Shown here: piece after piece, positions 22,001 through 31,841 of the stretch
Position numbering within the stretch: position 1 is the first letter of the stretch
Layout: each line of letters starts with the position of its first letter
IMG/VR virus record: IMGVR_UViG_3300023174_000034
Direction: 5' to 3' (one strand)
From: a virus
Taxonomy: Duplodnaviria; Heunggongvirae; Uroviricota; Caudoviricetes
DNA: 64,000 bases
The notes under the pieces: model-generated
The model's input: only the letters and a program-made list of their open reading frames with translations
The model's database searches: none
Told to the model about the DNA's origin: nothing
Made by a program: the position numbers and the translations under genes

Positions 22001-22313
22001 CGTAAGCCGTTTGACCAACTACATTCGTACAATCCTAACAAGTATCAGCAATGCTTATTTGTTTGAACCAAACGACAAGAGCACACGTGATCAAATCAAA
22101 ACTGCAATTGAAGGTGCAATGAATGATTTGATTGCCAAGCGTGGTATCTATGACTACCTGGTGGTATGTGATACTAGCAACAACACAAGCGCTCGAATTG
22201 CTCGTAACGAGTTGTATGTTGACATTGCTATTGAGCCAATGAAAGATGTTGAATTTATTTACATCCCAATTCGCTTGAAGAACCCAGGTGAAATCGCAAC
22301 GGGCGGTAAGTAA
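19008..22313 (+). CDS. Tail sheath protein (gp18-like)
   Basis: MAILTSPGVSITVTDES start with AAGGA RBS; PWFAPAG..RG, LY..RINPI, DRVNV.RL, LFEPND. Confidence 0.95.
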   Translation: MAILTSPGVSITVTDESQYVPAGNGTVPLILLATQTNKTSPATGTTAAGTTTTNAGKLLSFTSQRELINSLGYPSFRTSGGASLHGDERNEYGLQAAYSALGLGNQLYVIRADIDLDQLTSTTVRPKGEVSNGFLWLDLAKTDYGVFQWSSATQSYTKITPTIITSSGDVLTDALNTPKTTVGQVGTYAVVAYNVNNPLFYKNASNTWVPVGTTDWQKAWTTVQSTYSTYAGNEVLANGSVTLTINGTAISITGASTNATGAEVVTSINSAFAASYGDGIRAEIDTNGRLVIRATSAAKSNGSTVDGKVTITASSGAASLGLTAATYYAPMLDFGSYTDVPTYATGEATPAPSGSIWIKTSATGSGASWAVKKYNSTTDSWTKLAAPLYASTQEAIYGLDSLNGGSGIADGAVFVQYSSLDGYPATFKVFERNGSGQTKVTGAVPSSNFTVGHTFTLAVSAAGSSTLTAYTFSGSYAVAGTSVDSFVSLVLSRNIPDVYAVKESTGAISFIHRSGGEIVLIDTTVGSGNPVATAGITTNTTGIEYEYAGTYTGSLRASKWTALGTALTFSIETPYIAPPAGTLWYYGNATEADVMVCGSNGWKGYRNVTSDARGYNLSNSDPMGPIFSPTQPTLQSDGTSLAAGDLWVDTGDLENFPLLYRYSGTTWTVIDKTDKVSQNGIVFADARWDASLDGTGASVGGIVDPISGDLPDIETMLTSNYIDLDCPDYRLYPRGTLLWNTRRNGMNVKEYVADKFTATAYPDAIDDGSNIVGTIPTYASTWSNASGVQSNGTPYHGHKAQRQMVVKALRSAVDSNTDVREDQYNFNLIVCPGYPELIPNMVSLNNDRNETAFIIGDTPLDLQPTTTALTEWSNTVETSASVYAGVYYPSGLTNDVNGNEIVVPPSHMALRTFIYSDNISYPWFAPAGTRRGIVDNATAIGYVNYTTGTFVRTGITQGQRDSLYTLRINPISLLPGSGLTVYGNKTRSSIAQSTDRVNVSRLTNYIRTILTSISNAYLFEPNDKSTRDQIKTAIEGAMNDLIAKRGIYDYLVVCDTSNNTSARIARNELYVDIAIEPMKDVEFIYIPIRLKNPGEIATGGK

Positions 22314-22323
22314 TAGTGGTACA

Positions 22324-22350
22324 TAATGGAACACCTGGTGTGTTCCATTA
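22324..22350 (+). other. Intergenic hairpin between sheath and tube genes
   Basis: TAATGGAACAC/GTGTTCCATTA inverted repeat with no U-tract. Confidence 0.6.
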
Positions 22351-22394
22351 ACTACCCAAAACAAGGTAAATAAGAGTAATAGGAGATTATTAAA

Positions 22395-23009
22395 ATGGCT
22401 GTTGCATCATTATCAAAATTCACAGTACCGTTGGCCACTAACCAAAGTGCGTCAGCACAAGGTCTGTTGATGCCAAAACTGGCCTATAGATTCCGTATCA
22501 CATTTAATGGTTTTGGTGTAAGCAATCCAAAAACTGAATTAACCAAACAAATAATGGACTTCACTCGTCCACAAGTACAGTTTGATGAAATCACAGTTGA
22601 TGCTTATAACAGCCGCGTTAAGTTAATTGGTAAGCCAGCTTGGCAAGACATCACAATTAACTTGCGTGACGACGCACCGGGCAATGTGAGCAGACTCGTA
22701 GGCGAACAACTTCAGAAACAATTTGACTTCATGGAACAAGCTTCGGCTGCTTCTGGTATTGATTACAAATTTATCACAATTTGTGAAATGCTAGACGGTG
22801 GCAATGGTGCCAACACACCTAACGTTCTTGAAACATGGGAAATTTATGGTTGCTTGTTGAGTGCAGTTAACTACGGTGAAATGAACTACACAACAAACGA
22901 TCCGGTTAAAATTGCTTTAACATTGAAGTACGACAATGCTATCCAGACACAGGGTGTTGCTGGTATTGGAGCGGCAATTGGCCGATCACTAGGTACAACA
23001 ATCAACTAA
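22395..23009 (+). CDS. Tail tube protein (gp19-like)
   Basis: Follows the sheath gene; GK..WQDITINLRDD, W..YGC......YG. Confidence 0.85.
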   Translation: MAVASLSKFTVPLATNQSASAQGLLMPKLAYRFRITFNGFGVSNPKTELTKQIMDFTRPQVQFDEITVDAYNSRVKLIGKPAWQDITINLRDDAPGNVSRLVGEQLQKQFDFMEQASAASGIDYKFITICEMLDGGNGANTPNVLETWEIYGCLLSAVNYGEMNYTTNDPVKIALTLKYDNAIQTQGVAGIGAAIGRSLGTTIN

Positions 23010-23031
23010 TTGTTGCTTAGATGAAAAACTC

Positions 23032-23061
23032 AAAAAGCCTGGAAATACCAGGCTTTTTTTT
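23032..23061 (+). terminator. Intrinsic terminator, possibly bidirectional
   Basis: AAAAAGCCTGG-AAATA-CCAGGCTTTTTTTT. Confidence 0.85.
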
Positions 23062-23092
23062 GTTCATAAATAGTTGATATAAAGGAATTGTT

Positions 23093-25036
23093 ATGGCCGG
23101 TATAATGGATACCATTCTGCAGGGGCTTGCCTCTACAGACAATGTTAAAACGTATCAACATGCTACCCGCATATTTGTGGACAGCAATCTGTTGCGTAGT
23201 CCAAAATATGCATTCCTGTTTTATGTAATTTTTGACTACGATGATTCGGAAAATGGATTAGCTACTCCTGCGAGTCGCGCAGTACAAATAGGCGCACTGT
23301 GTAAGTCTGCACAGCTACCTAAGTTTACCATAGAGACGCAGACCAACAATGCCTACAATAGACAGAACATCACACAGAAACGTATCAAATATGAACCTAT
23401 CAATTTGAAGTTCCACGACGATAGCGATGATATCATTCGAGAGTTTTGGTATGATTACATGAGCTTTTACTACAGAGACAGCGATTATCAAACACCGATT
23501 TATAACCAAGAGCACAAATATTCTGATAGACAAAAAGATACTTGGGGCTACGGCCTGCGTACACAACAAGATGGCGCACCACCCAAAGCTAACGCTTACA
23601 AACCATTGAAAGCCATTCGTATCTATAGTTTCTATAGAAAGCGTTTCAGTGAGTATATGTTGATCAATCCTACCATTACTTCGTTCCGACACGGAGAGCA
23701 CACAAACGAGGGTTCTGGTTTGTTGGAACACGAAATGACTGTGCAGTATGAAGCAGTCAAGTATGCAGTTGGATATGTGTCTTCAGACATATTTGGTGAT
23801 AGCATGTTATTGTTGTATGATCGTGCTCCTAGCTCATTGAGTGCAGGCAGCACCAGGAGCATTTTTGGAGCAGGTGGTTTGGTTGGAACGATTGATAGTA
23901 CTTTCCAAGACTTGGCCAATGGTAACTATGCGGCAGCGTTCTTGAAGATAAATCGTGCTACTCAAACATTCAAAGGAGCAAATCTTGAAGAAGTACTTCG
24001 TGCCGAAAGTGCCGATAACCTACTGAATCGAGCCATGCAACGTGGAACCAATCCATTGAGTACAGTCAATGCACCTTACATTGGAGGTTCAAGTTCGCTA
24101 GGCCTTGGATTGATTGCATATGCCGCGGGCGGAGTGGCACAAACATCGACCACCGGCCAACAAAATAATATTGGACCACAAATAACTATAGCAAGAAGTA
24201 CGCCAGCAAGGATTGATCAAGCCAGTCCGTCGGCCGACTATCGGGCTGTGTCTGGCGGGCAGTATGTTACACAAGCATATAGACCAGTACAACAAAAGCC
24301 ACAGTTTCCTCTGCTACCTACTATTGTGCCAACAGTTAGAAATGGAGTAAGGTCCACAGCAATATCTAATGTAACTGCATCAGAAGTAGCAAGTCAGAAT
24401 ATCAACTTGAATAAATCTAGCACAGTGATAAGTGGATCTAAACAAGGCACTCCTGCAATACAAGTACCTCCTAAAATGCCAACGCTGGCAGATACTGATC
24501 CAGCAGTAATTGGATTGACTATACCAGCAACACTAGACGAAATTGATGGAGCAACTGATACTGCTCGTATTGCAAAATGTAATGCACAACTTCAACGACT
24601 AATGTCAGGCTCTTCGGTACAAAAATTGTTGGCAAATGATCGAGAAAATAAAAGAGCCGCTGATATACTGGTACAAAATGCTTTTACACCTGGCATTGGC
24701 GCATCAACTTATGGCAGTGAAGAAGCTTGGTTGGCCATAAAAGAAACATTGCTAACAAAACTGGAACAGCTTGGCACGCCAGACACTCAAAATATTGTAG
24801 CAGAGTGGACACAACTTAAATTAAAATTACAAGCAGCCGCCGATGCCGGAGACAAAACTACACTAAAAGGATTGCTAGAAGAACTATCAACATTTGGAAA
24901 AACTTTAGCCATACGCTCGGCCTATAAAAATCTAATAGATATGGTGGCATTGTCAAATGACATAGCAAGTATTGCCAACGGTGACGCGGCAACTGCAATT
25001 AGTTTTGATATCAAGAATTACTGGATTACCTCATGA
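23093..25036 (+). CDS. Baseplate tube-initiator-like protein (tube fold, gp54/gp48-like) with long C-terminal extension
   Basis: KSAQLPKF, YEPINLKFHDD, M.VQYE tube-fold motifs. Confidence 0.6.
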   Translation: MAGIMDTILQGLASTDNVKTYQHATRIFVDSNLLRSPKYAFLFYVIFDYDDSENGLATPASRAVQIGALCKSAQLPKFTIETQTNNAYNRQNITQKRIKYEPINLKFHDDSDDIIREFWYDYMSFYYRDSDYQTPIYNQEHKYSDRQKDTWGYGLRTQQDGAPPKANAYKPLKAIRIYSFYRKRFSEYMLINPTITSFRHGEHTNEGSGLLEHEMTVQYEAVKYAVGYVSSDIFGDSMLLLYDRAPSSLSAGSTRSIFGAGGLVGTIDSTFQDLANGNYAAAFLKINRATQTFKGANLEEVLRAESADNLLNRAMQRGTNPLSTVNAPYIGGSSSLGLGLIAYAAGGVAQTSTTGQQNNIGPQITIARSTPARIDQASPSADYRAVSGGQYVTQAYRPVQQKPQFPLLPTIVPTVRNGVRSTAISNVTASEVASQNINLNKSSTVISGSKQGTPAIQVPPKMPTLADTDPAVIGLTIPATLDEIDGATDTARIAKCNAQLQRLMSGSSVQKLLANDRENKRAADILVQNAFTPGIGASTYGSEEAWLAIKETLLTKLEQLGTPDTQNIVAEWTQLKLKLQAAADAGDKTTLKGLLEELSTFGKTLAIRSAYKNLIDMVALSNDIASIANGDAATAISFDIKNYWITS

Positions 25037-25416
25037 GCTATACCAACAACCTATCAACCCCTGAACTAACACGGACATCTACAGAAAGACAGGATACTGA
25101 CACATACTTTAGTAATGTTTACAAGCCTTTATTCAATGCAAGTCCTGATCAAGCGGCAGCATTACAAACATACTTTGAAGGGGTAACCAATGACAAAGAA
25201 AGTGCAAGGCTATTGACAACGTCTGTGATTTACACAGCACTAAGTCAAAATATAAATCCAATGACTGTGCTGGCGGATTTCAAAAAAATAAATCAAGGCG
25301 AATTAGATTTGTATCTAGCGACCTTTCTTAATTTTAGTCGAGTCAACTCTAGCCTGTTGGGAGTGATTAGCACTCCTGGCATCAACATCTTTGTACAAAG
25401 AAGCGTACTGGCATAA
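25033..25416 (+). CDS. Hypothetical structural-module protein
   Basis: ATGA overlap with the upstream gene; 127 aa. Confidence 0.7.
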   Translation: MSYTNNLSTPELTRTSTERQDTDTYFSNVYKPLFNASPDQAAALQTYFEGVTNDKESARLLTTSVIYTALSQNINPMTVLADFKKINQGELDLYLATFLNFSRVNSSLLGVISTPGINIFVQRSVLA

Positions 25417-25417
25417 A

Positions 25418-25855
25418 ATGGCACGTAACTATGCACAGGGCAAGTTTCAGGTCAAAAACCCGGGCAAGTATATAGGCAAAGGTGCTCCCACATATCGATC
25501 TGGCTGGGAATTTTCGTTCATGCAATTTTGCGATAACAATCCGTCCATCCTGCAATGGGCCAGTGAAGCAATTAACATTCCCTATCGTAATCCGTTCACA
25601 GGCAAAAACACAGTGTATGTTCCAGACTTCTTGATCATTTATGTAAACAACAAAGGCCAAAAGCTGGCTGAAGTAATTGAAGTCAAGCCGTCAACTGAAA
25701 CAACTCTTGAAGCCGCACGTAGTCCACGTGACAGAGCATACGTGGCACTCAATATGGCCAAATGGCAGGCCGCCACAGCATGGTGCCGCAACCAAGGATT
25801 AAAATTTCGAGTGGTTACGGAGAATGAGATTTTCCACCAAGGTAAAAAGCGGTAA
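25418..25855 (+). CDS. Head completion nuclease (T4 gp4-like, TnsA fold)
   Basis: NP.KY.G, YRS.WE, W.SE...IPY, Y.PDF, IEVKP, N.AKW.AA. Confidence 0.9.
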   Translation: MARNYAQGKFQVKNPGKYIGKGAPTYRSGWEFSFMQFCDNNPSILQWASEAINIPYRNPFTGKNTVYVPDFLIIYVNNKGQKLAEVIEVKPSTETTLEAARSPRDRAYVALNMAKWQAATAWCRNQGLKFRVVTENEIFHQGKKR

Positions 25856-25863
25856 ATATCAGC

Positions 25864-26355
25864 ATGACTAAGAAATTAGAACAACTGTTTGATCTGCCCT
25901 CTCTGGAGATAACACCTGACAATCAGGAAGATATACATTCTCACATGGAGCATATAAACGATATCAATGATGCAATTGACAAGATTGATGCGGCTTTGCC
26001 TGGTGTGCGTGATCTAGAAGTTGCAGATGGCGAAATGGACGAACTAGCAACCATGGCCACAGACAAGTTCAATGACCTAATGGATTTGGGCATGAATGTA
26101 GAAGCTCGTTATGCCGGTGCTATTTTCCAAACTGCCGGCGTGTTGCTAGGACATGCTATTACAGCCAAACAGGCAAAGCTAGACAAAAAACTACGCATGG
26201 TAGATCTACAGCTTAAAAAGCTACGGATTGATCAAGTATCACGCAAAGAAGGCACTGCTGAAGTTCCTGTAGACGGGCAAGGTGTGGTTGTGGACCGCAA
26301 TACCCTGCTACGAGAGATACTCCAAGGGCAGGCTAAAAAACCTGCAAACGAATAA
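25864..26355 (+). CDS. Putative terminase small subunit
   Basis: Size, helical acidic composition and C-terminal DRN.LL; weak recognition. Confidence 0.4.
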   Translation: MTKKLEQLFDLPSLEITPDNQEDIHSHMEHINDINDAIDKIDAALPGVRDLEVADGEMDELATMATDKFNDLMDLGMNVEARYAGAIFQTAGVLLGHAITAKQAKLDKKLRMVDLQLKKLRIDQVSRKEGTAEVPVDGQGVVVDRNTLLREILQGQAKKPANE

Positions 26356-26376
26356 ATACTGCAATAGGATCCGGAC

Positions 26377-26982
26377 ATGAAAGCATTTAAGGCATATCTT
26401 ACAGAAAGCAAGCGCACATACGATTTTCGTGTGCGTATAGCCAACTGCGATTTGACTTCAGATTTACTAGACAAAATTGAGCTTGGACTCAAAGCATTTG
26501 ATCTAGCTGATATCACGAAGCCAAAAAGTCAACCAGTGACTCACTGCAATGAATTTGCGGCGCTAGGTCCGGTTGCACGAGAACAGTTTGAAATCAAACT
26601 AAATTACCCAACTACCAATGAAGGTGTACGTTCTTGCATACATCGTTGTAGTGGTATTCCTGAACAGCAGATTGTAGTGCGTGGAGTGATGGAAGACGAT
26701 ATGGTCACTGACGAGACCAGCGGCGATATGTCAGTTAACATTGGCAACGACGAATTAAAAGATCAACCAGGCGCCCAGGAACATGTTGGCACCAAGCGCA
26801 AAGAAAGTTTGCTAAAGCAATTGATTGCTGACCGCACAGAGCCAACACAACAAACTGGCGTGAATGACCAAATCCTGGCCAAGTCTCTGCACAAAGAGAC
26901 AGCCCCCAAAGCTGATGCTACACAAAACAATACTAGTCCTGTGAGCAAGCCCAAACACAAGATAAACCCACGAGGAAAATAA
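26377..26982 (+). CDS. Hypothetical protein, putative internal head protein
   Basis: MKAFKAYLTES start; TAAATA at 26353. Confidence 0.65.
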   Translation: MKAFKAYLTESKRTYDFRVRIANCDLTSDLLDKIELGLKAFDLADITKPKSQPVTHCNEFAALGPVAREQFEIKLNYPTTNEGVRSCIHRCSGIPEQQIVVRGVMEDDMVTDETSGDMSVNIGNDELKDQPGAQEHVGTKRKESLLKQLIADRTEPTQQTGVNDQILAKSLHKETAPKADATQNNTSPVSKPKHKINPRGK

Positions 26983-26984
26983 AC

Positions 26985-29612
26985 ATGAGTAAGCATGACA
27001 ACATTTACAGTATTCTTGGCAAGTTAGCCTCGCTGGAACCACAGCCTCCCAAGCAACAGAATATTCTCAAACAACTGAACGAAAGCGCAGTTGTTGCCAC
27101 CAATCCACTTTCACTGAAAGACCGCCTGGCACAAAAGCTGGCTGAAACAAAAGAAGTCGACGAAGACATGCTGGCTCCTAAACAGAAAAAGCTGGACAAA
27201 AATGACAATGGCAAGATTGATGCCAATGACCTAGCCGCACTACGTGCCGGCAAAACCAAAGAAAAAGAAGGCAACGAATTCTCAGGTGAATTAGCCAAAG
27301 CCAAAGCTCAGCACAAAGACAGTTTTAGTGTTGATGGTAAAACTTATCCTGTTAAAGAAGCTGAAGAGCACACAATGAGTCGTGCTGCCAAAGGTTATGA
27401 AAAGTATGGCAAAGAAGGCATGCAAGCATTAGCTAAGGCAGGTAAAGAAGGCAAAGACCTTGACAAGGTCAGAGACAAGTACAACAAATACAAAGACGAC
27501 GTCAACGAAGGTGAATACCAAGACGGCCCTAACAAGAGTGATGTTCCTGCTTTCCAACGCAAAGCCAAAGCCGCTCCTGGCGACGACAGCTGGAAGACAT
27601 CACAACAAGACCTAGACGACGAAGCCAGCAAGAGCCCAACCGGTGCCGCAGGTTTGGCCAAAGCCAAAGCACGACTAGGTATGAATGAGGCAATTGATTT
27701 TGATAAAGTATTAGATGCTATTGCCGCGTTGTATGGTGAAGACATGTGGGAAAATGATGCCATGCAAGATCTAGCCCAAGAGCTTGAGCAAGCAGGTCCA
27801 ACTGATAAAGAATTGGATTTTATTATTGCCAAAGGTAAGTTGCCAAAGCGTCTGGCTGGTATTCAATTCTCTGCAGGCGATAGTGTGCAGTTTGGCGAAG
27901 GCGGAATGCGTGAAGAACAGTACGACGAGAATAATGCACATTCATCATTACCGGGCACACGTCGGGTATCTGATGAAGAGCACAGTGAGTATGATGCAGC
28001 CGCACACACAGTTCGTAAGTGGATGCGTAAGCGTGGTTGGGATCCAAAGTCAGAATTCAAACCAGCAATGAAATATATCATTGACAATCTTGACGCTACA
28101 CACGACGACACACTAACTGATGATGTCAAGATGGCAGCTTGCACCTGCCGCAAGCATCATGGCGGAATTGTTGACGAAGGGTGGGACGACATGATGAAGT
28201 CTGTCAAAGACCGTTCTGAACAAGGCACAGGTAAGTTTGATGTACAAAAAACATCAACAGGCACACGCTACACACGCAAGCCAGAAACATTTGACAGTGG
28301 TGACGATGATGGCGAAGAAAAAAGCACAAGCGACGGTCCTAAGAAAAAAGGTCGTCCTGCTAAAGCCAAAGCACCAGAGCGTACAACAAGCAAAGCATGG
28401 AAACACAAAGGTGCCCGTGTAACAGAAGCAATCAATCTAGAAACATACGTAGAAGATACCATGGCAGAAATTGAAGCATTGTTCATTATCGAAAAAGATA
28501 TGGGCAAGCACAACAATGCTACCACAGGATTCAAGGCACTCGCAAAAAAAGCGGGCGGCGGTGAAAAGGGCCAACGAATCGCCGGCGCACAATTTCAGAA
28601 AATGAAAAAGGCCGGACAGTTAGAAGAAGCAGTGTTAACTGAAAGCACATTACAATCTATTGTGCGTAAGTTTGGTAAAGAAGTACGTGAGTTTGCAGAA
28701 GGTGGCGATTTTGATCAAGACCTGTTTGAAGCATTGTATGACTACTACTTTGATGACATGCCATATGGTGTGAAGAAAGCACGTGACGGAGATCCATATG
28801 AATGGGTGGCTGATCACTTCCATGACGCTATTCAAAGTGGCGACGTAGAAATCAACGAAACAAAAGTAGGTCATAAAGATCTAGACGAACTTGCCGCATT
28901 GGCAGGTATCGGTGGCAAACAACAAATGGAATCAAGTTGCAACATGACAGCAGAAGGCCAAATGTGTCCGGAACACGGCATGGTTGAATGCGGCGGCATG
29001 ATGTATGAAGGCGAAGAAAAGCCAGACTTCTTGGATGTTGACAAAGACGATGATAAAGAAGAGCCAATGAAAAAAGCCATTGGCGACAAGTGGAAGCCAG
29101 CTAAAACCTCCAACGCATTCACGCAGACAGCACCTTATCCGTCCTTCAAGAAAAAGAATCCAGTTAGTAACAAAAAAGAAGAACTTGAAGAATGTGGCAT
29201 GCCCCCAATGGGCGGTATGGTGGGCACTGAAGAAGCAGAGTCTGGAATGAGCATCAATACTAGCATGGATACCAAGACTGGTCGTAAGACTGTTACTGTA
29301 ACAGCCGATGGTGAAGCTGCCGAAGAACTAGCATCTATGCTACGCATGGCTGGTATGGGTGGCGCACAGTCTCAACCACAGCAGAAACACATTGATGTGG
29401 TTATTGGTCGCCCAGGTGGCCAAGAAGTTGACGAAGAATATGCCAATGAACCTAATGTTCAAAACGGATCAACTCGTGCTATCATGCAACAAGGCAATGA
29501 CTTGAACAAACCAAAGTCCATGTACAAGCACAACTACAGAGGTGGCGACAATCCAATGTCAATGAAAGAAGACAAGTTGTTCAAATTATATGATGCAATG
29601 AAATCCAGGTAA
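26985..29612 (+). CDS. Large modular charged protein, putative internal/core protein
   Basis: Segments delimited by (L/V/I/M)xE motifs; EF-hand-like LDKNDNGKIDAND. Confidence 0.65.
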   Translation: MSKHDNIYSILGKLASLEPQPPKQQNILKQLNESAVVATNPLSLKDRLAQKLAETKEVDEDMLAPKQKKLDKNDNGKIDANDLAALRAGKTKEKEGNEFSGELAKAKAQHKDSFSVDGKTYPVKEAEEHTMSRAAKGYEKYGKEGMQALAKAGKEGKDLDKVRDKYNKYKDDVNEGEYQDGPNKSDVPAFQRKAKAAPGDDSWKTSQQDLDDEASKSPTGAAGLAKAKARLGMNEAIDFDKVLDAIAALYGEDMWENDAMQDLAQELEQAGPTDKELDFIIAKGKLPKRLAGIQFSAGDSVQFGEGGMREEQYDENNAHSSLPGTRRVSDEEHSEYDAAAHTVRKWMRKRGWDPKSEFKPAMKYIIDNLDATHDDTLTDDVKMAACTCRKHHGGIVDEGWDDMMKSVKDRSEQGTGKFDVQKTSTGTRYTRKPETFDSGDDDGEEKSTSDGPKKKGRPAKAKAPERTTSKAWKHKGARVTEAINLETYVEDTMAEIEALFIIEKDMGKHNNATTGFKALAKKAGGGEKGQRIAGAQFQKMKKAGQLEEAVLTESTLQSIVRKFGKEVREFAEGGDFDQDLFEALYDYYFDDMPYGVKKARDGDPYEWVADHFHDAIQSGDVEINETKVGHKDLDELAALAGIGGKQQMESSCNMTAEGQMCPEHGMVECGGMMYEGEEKPDFLDVDKDDDKEEPMKKAIGDKWKPAKTSNAFTQTAPYPSFKKKNPVSNKKEELEECGMPPMGGMVGTEEAESGMSINTSMDTKTGRKTVTVTADGEAAEELASMLRMAGMGGAQSQPQQKHIDVVIGRPGGQEVDEEYANEPNVQNGSTRAIMQQGNDLNKPKSMYKHNYRGGDNPMSMKEDKLFKLYDAMKSR

Positions 29613-29631
29613 TTCAAAACTACTGCCAAAC

Positions 29632-29666
29632 AAAGCCCTTGATAAGTAATTACTCAAGGGCTTTTT
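29632..29666 (+). terminator. Intrinsic terminator
   Basis: AAAGCCCTTGA...TCAAGGGCTTTTT. Confidence 0.75.
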
Positions 29667-29667
29667 C

Positions 29668-30564
29668 ATGAAACGTTATCAATTTTTCAAAATGTTACTA
29701 CAGGTATCATACAGTTGCAACATGAGTTGCAAGGGCTGTGTGACTGTGAGCGACATTCCACGCGACGGTGTACAGGACTATGACGAAGTAGTACAGTCAA
29801 TTGAAGAATGGAGCAAAGTACTCGAGCCAGAATGGGTAATGATATTTGGCGGTGAACCACTCATGCACCCGCGTATCAAAGACATCACTAGACAAGTTCG
29901 CAAGCACTGGCCTAACGCACGTATTAGTATTCCTACCAATGGACTATTGCTACGCCGTATAATGGATACAGATTGGATAACAGAAGTACAGCCATTGGAA
30001 GTGCGAGTGAGCCTGCACAAGGACGACAAAGAAGGACGATTTTTCAAAGGGTTGATCTCAGACTTTATGGAAATGTATACTGGGTGGAAACCAAACACTC
30101 GCCCTATAGGAGAAGCAGGATTACAACCCGGAGAAGGAATTGAATTTAAGTTTAATTTTATACACGACTCTGGACTTAGTATTGCAGTTAGTCAAAACGA
30201 AGAATATATCGTTCCTTATACATTTGATGAATACGGAAACAAAGCACCTTTTGCCAGCGACCCAGTCAAAGCACAAAAACGTTGTGTGAGTCCTGAGCTG
30301 GTGTTTATATACAAAAATCTGTTATGGAAGTGCATACCTTACCCAAATCTCAAAGACACTGAGTCAGACTTTACAACCAAATGGCCAGAGTATGTTCCTT
30401 ACCGACCAACTGACGACCTTACTAAGTTTTTCTATAACGTAACACGAGCTGAATCAGTGTGCAGTATGTGCCCAGAGTCCGGAACAATGATGCACAACGA
30501 TCCAAGTGTGGTTAAAATTTTACCTAAATCAAAATGGATTGAAGCACAAATCAAGGCTAAATAA
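29668..30564 (+). CDS. Radical SAM protein
   Basis: CNMSCKGC, FGGEPLMHP, TNG, C-terminal CxxC. Confidence 0.9.
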   Translation: MKRYQFFKMLLQVSYSCNMSCKGCVTVSDIPRDGVQDYDEVVQSIEEWSKVLEPEWVMIFGGEPLMHPRIKDITRQVRKHWPNARISIPTNGLLLRRIMDTDWITEVQPLEVRVSLHKDDKEGRFFKGLISDFMEMYTGWKPNTRPIGEAGLQPGEGIEFKFNFIHDSGLSIAVSQNEEYIVPYTFDEYGNKAPFASDPVKAQKRCVSPELVFIYKNLLWKCIPYPNLKDTESDFTTKWPEYVPYRPTDDLTKFFYNVTRAESVCSMCPESGTMMHNDPSVVKILPKSKWIEAQIKAK

Positions 30565-30583
30565 TCGATAACGGAGAGTTTCA

Positions 30584-31402
30584 ATGAAGAAGTTACTATC
30601 GATTTTAGCAATCACATTATTCGCGACCGCGGCCCAAGCCTGGGAACAATGGCCGCCAAAAGCACCTGCTCAGTGTCAAGCACAAGCACCCTACGGTTTC
30701 CCACAAACCAAAAAGCCTGGCGTGGCAATCTGCCGCCATGCTTACCTCACACTAAATGATCCGGCTGCACGTATTCCAGTCTGGGTCAGTTACACACTAA
30801 CACCACAAAACGCACTAGGTTGCGTGGCACGTTCAAATGGTTTTGCACCAGACCAAAGCATTCCTAAAGGGCAACGTGCTGAGTTGAGCGACTATGCCAA
30901 GTCAGGTTATGACATTGGTCACGTGGCTCCTAACGGCGACATGAGTTTCGATGACCGTGCGGAGAAAGAAAGTTTTTTGTTAACAAACATGTACCCACAA
31001 CTTCCTGGTTTCAATCGTGGCATTTGGAAGTTACTGGAGACTGCAACCCGTGGATGGGCAGTACAACGCGGACACACCCTTGTGGTGTACGTTGGAGCTA
31101 TATATGGCGCTGGTGACAAAACCATTGGCGATAACAAAGTTGTAGTACCGCACATGTTTTATAAAATTGTAACAGACACTGTCACAGGTGAAGTCATGGC
31201 TTTTGCTTTCAAGCACGAAGGTGGTCAAGGCAACGATCTAGTCCCCATGCGTGTTAGTTTAGACGCTGTTGAAAAAGCATCAGGTGTGGCATTTGCATTC
31301 CCTGCCAACGCCAAAGAAGTACCAGGCGGTCAAATTTGGCCTGTGGACTACGGTGCATTGACCAATGCCAAACGTGCCAAGTGCAAAGGCACCGCTGAAT
31401 GA
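30584..31402 (+). CDS. DNA/RNA non-specific endonuclease (NucA/EndoG family) with signal peptide
   Basis: SGYDIGHVAP, TNMYPQ...FNRGIWK.LE; N-terminal MKKLL...AQA. Confidence 0.9.
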   Translation: MKKLLSILAITLFATAAQAWEQWPPKAPAQCQAQAPYGFPQTKKPGVAICRHAYLTLNDPAARIPVWVSYTLTPQNALGCVARSNGFAPDQSIPKGQRAELSDYAKSGYDIGHVAPNGDMSFDDRAEKESFLLTNMYPQLPGFNRGIWKLLETATRGWAVQRGHTLVVYVGAIYGAGDKTIGDNKVVVPHMFYKIVTDTVTGEVMAFAFKHEGGQGNDLVPMRVSLDAVEKASGVAFAFPANAKEVPGGQIWPVDYGALTNAKRAKCKGTAE

Positions 31403-31593
31403 ACAAGCCGGACTTTTACTACTATGCTGAAAGTGAATGGGATCGCCTAGGATGCGGCCCATTGCCTGACGCTCGTAAGCGCCCAGAGCCTTTATCTAAA
31501 GAATCAAAGTTTTTAGGCAAGGAAGAAAAGTACTTGGTATATCCTGAACCAACTGGATATGATCTTCCTGTAAATCCTTACGGACAACACTAA
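31399..31593 (+). CDS. Hypothetical protein
   Basis: ATGA overlap; 64 aa. Confidence 0.55.
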   Translation: MNKPDFYYYAESEWDRLGCGPLPDARKRPEPLSKESKFLGKEEKYLVYPEPTGYDLPVNPYGQH

Positions 31594-31841
31594 TGAAGCA
31601 ACGTGTTTTTACTAGGTCAGACTTTGGCTTATCTGAAAACGAAACAGGTGAAGAGGATGCTGTGCTGGATCCTAATGATCCTATTTTCCAAATTGCGCGA
31701 GGCGAAGAACCCAAACGTGACTACTCACAGCTAGTGGCATGGCAAAAAGATAATCCACAAAATAACAAAGCTCTTTACATGAAAGAGAATAATATCAAAC
31801 CAGGTACCCCTGCGTGGTTTGCTTTATGGTTTGGCCGATAA
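31593..31841 (+). CDS. Hypothetical protein
   Basis: TAATG coupling; NIKPGT..WF.LWF C-terminus. Confidence 0.65.
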   Translation: MKQRVFTRSDFGLSENETGEEDAVLDPNDPIFQIARGEEPKRDYSQLVAWQKDNPQNNKALYMKENNIKPGTPAWFALWFGR

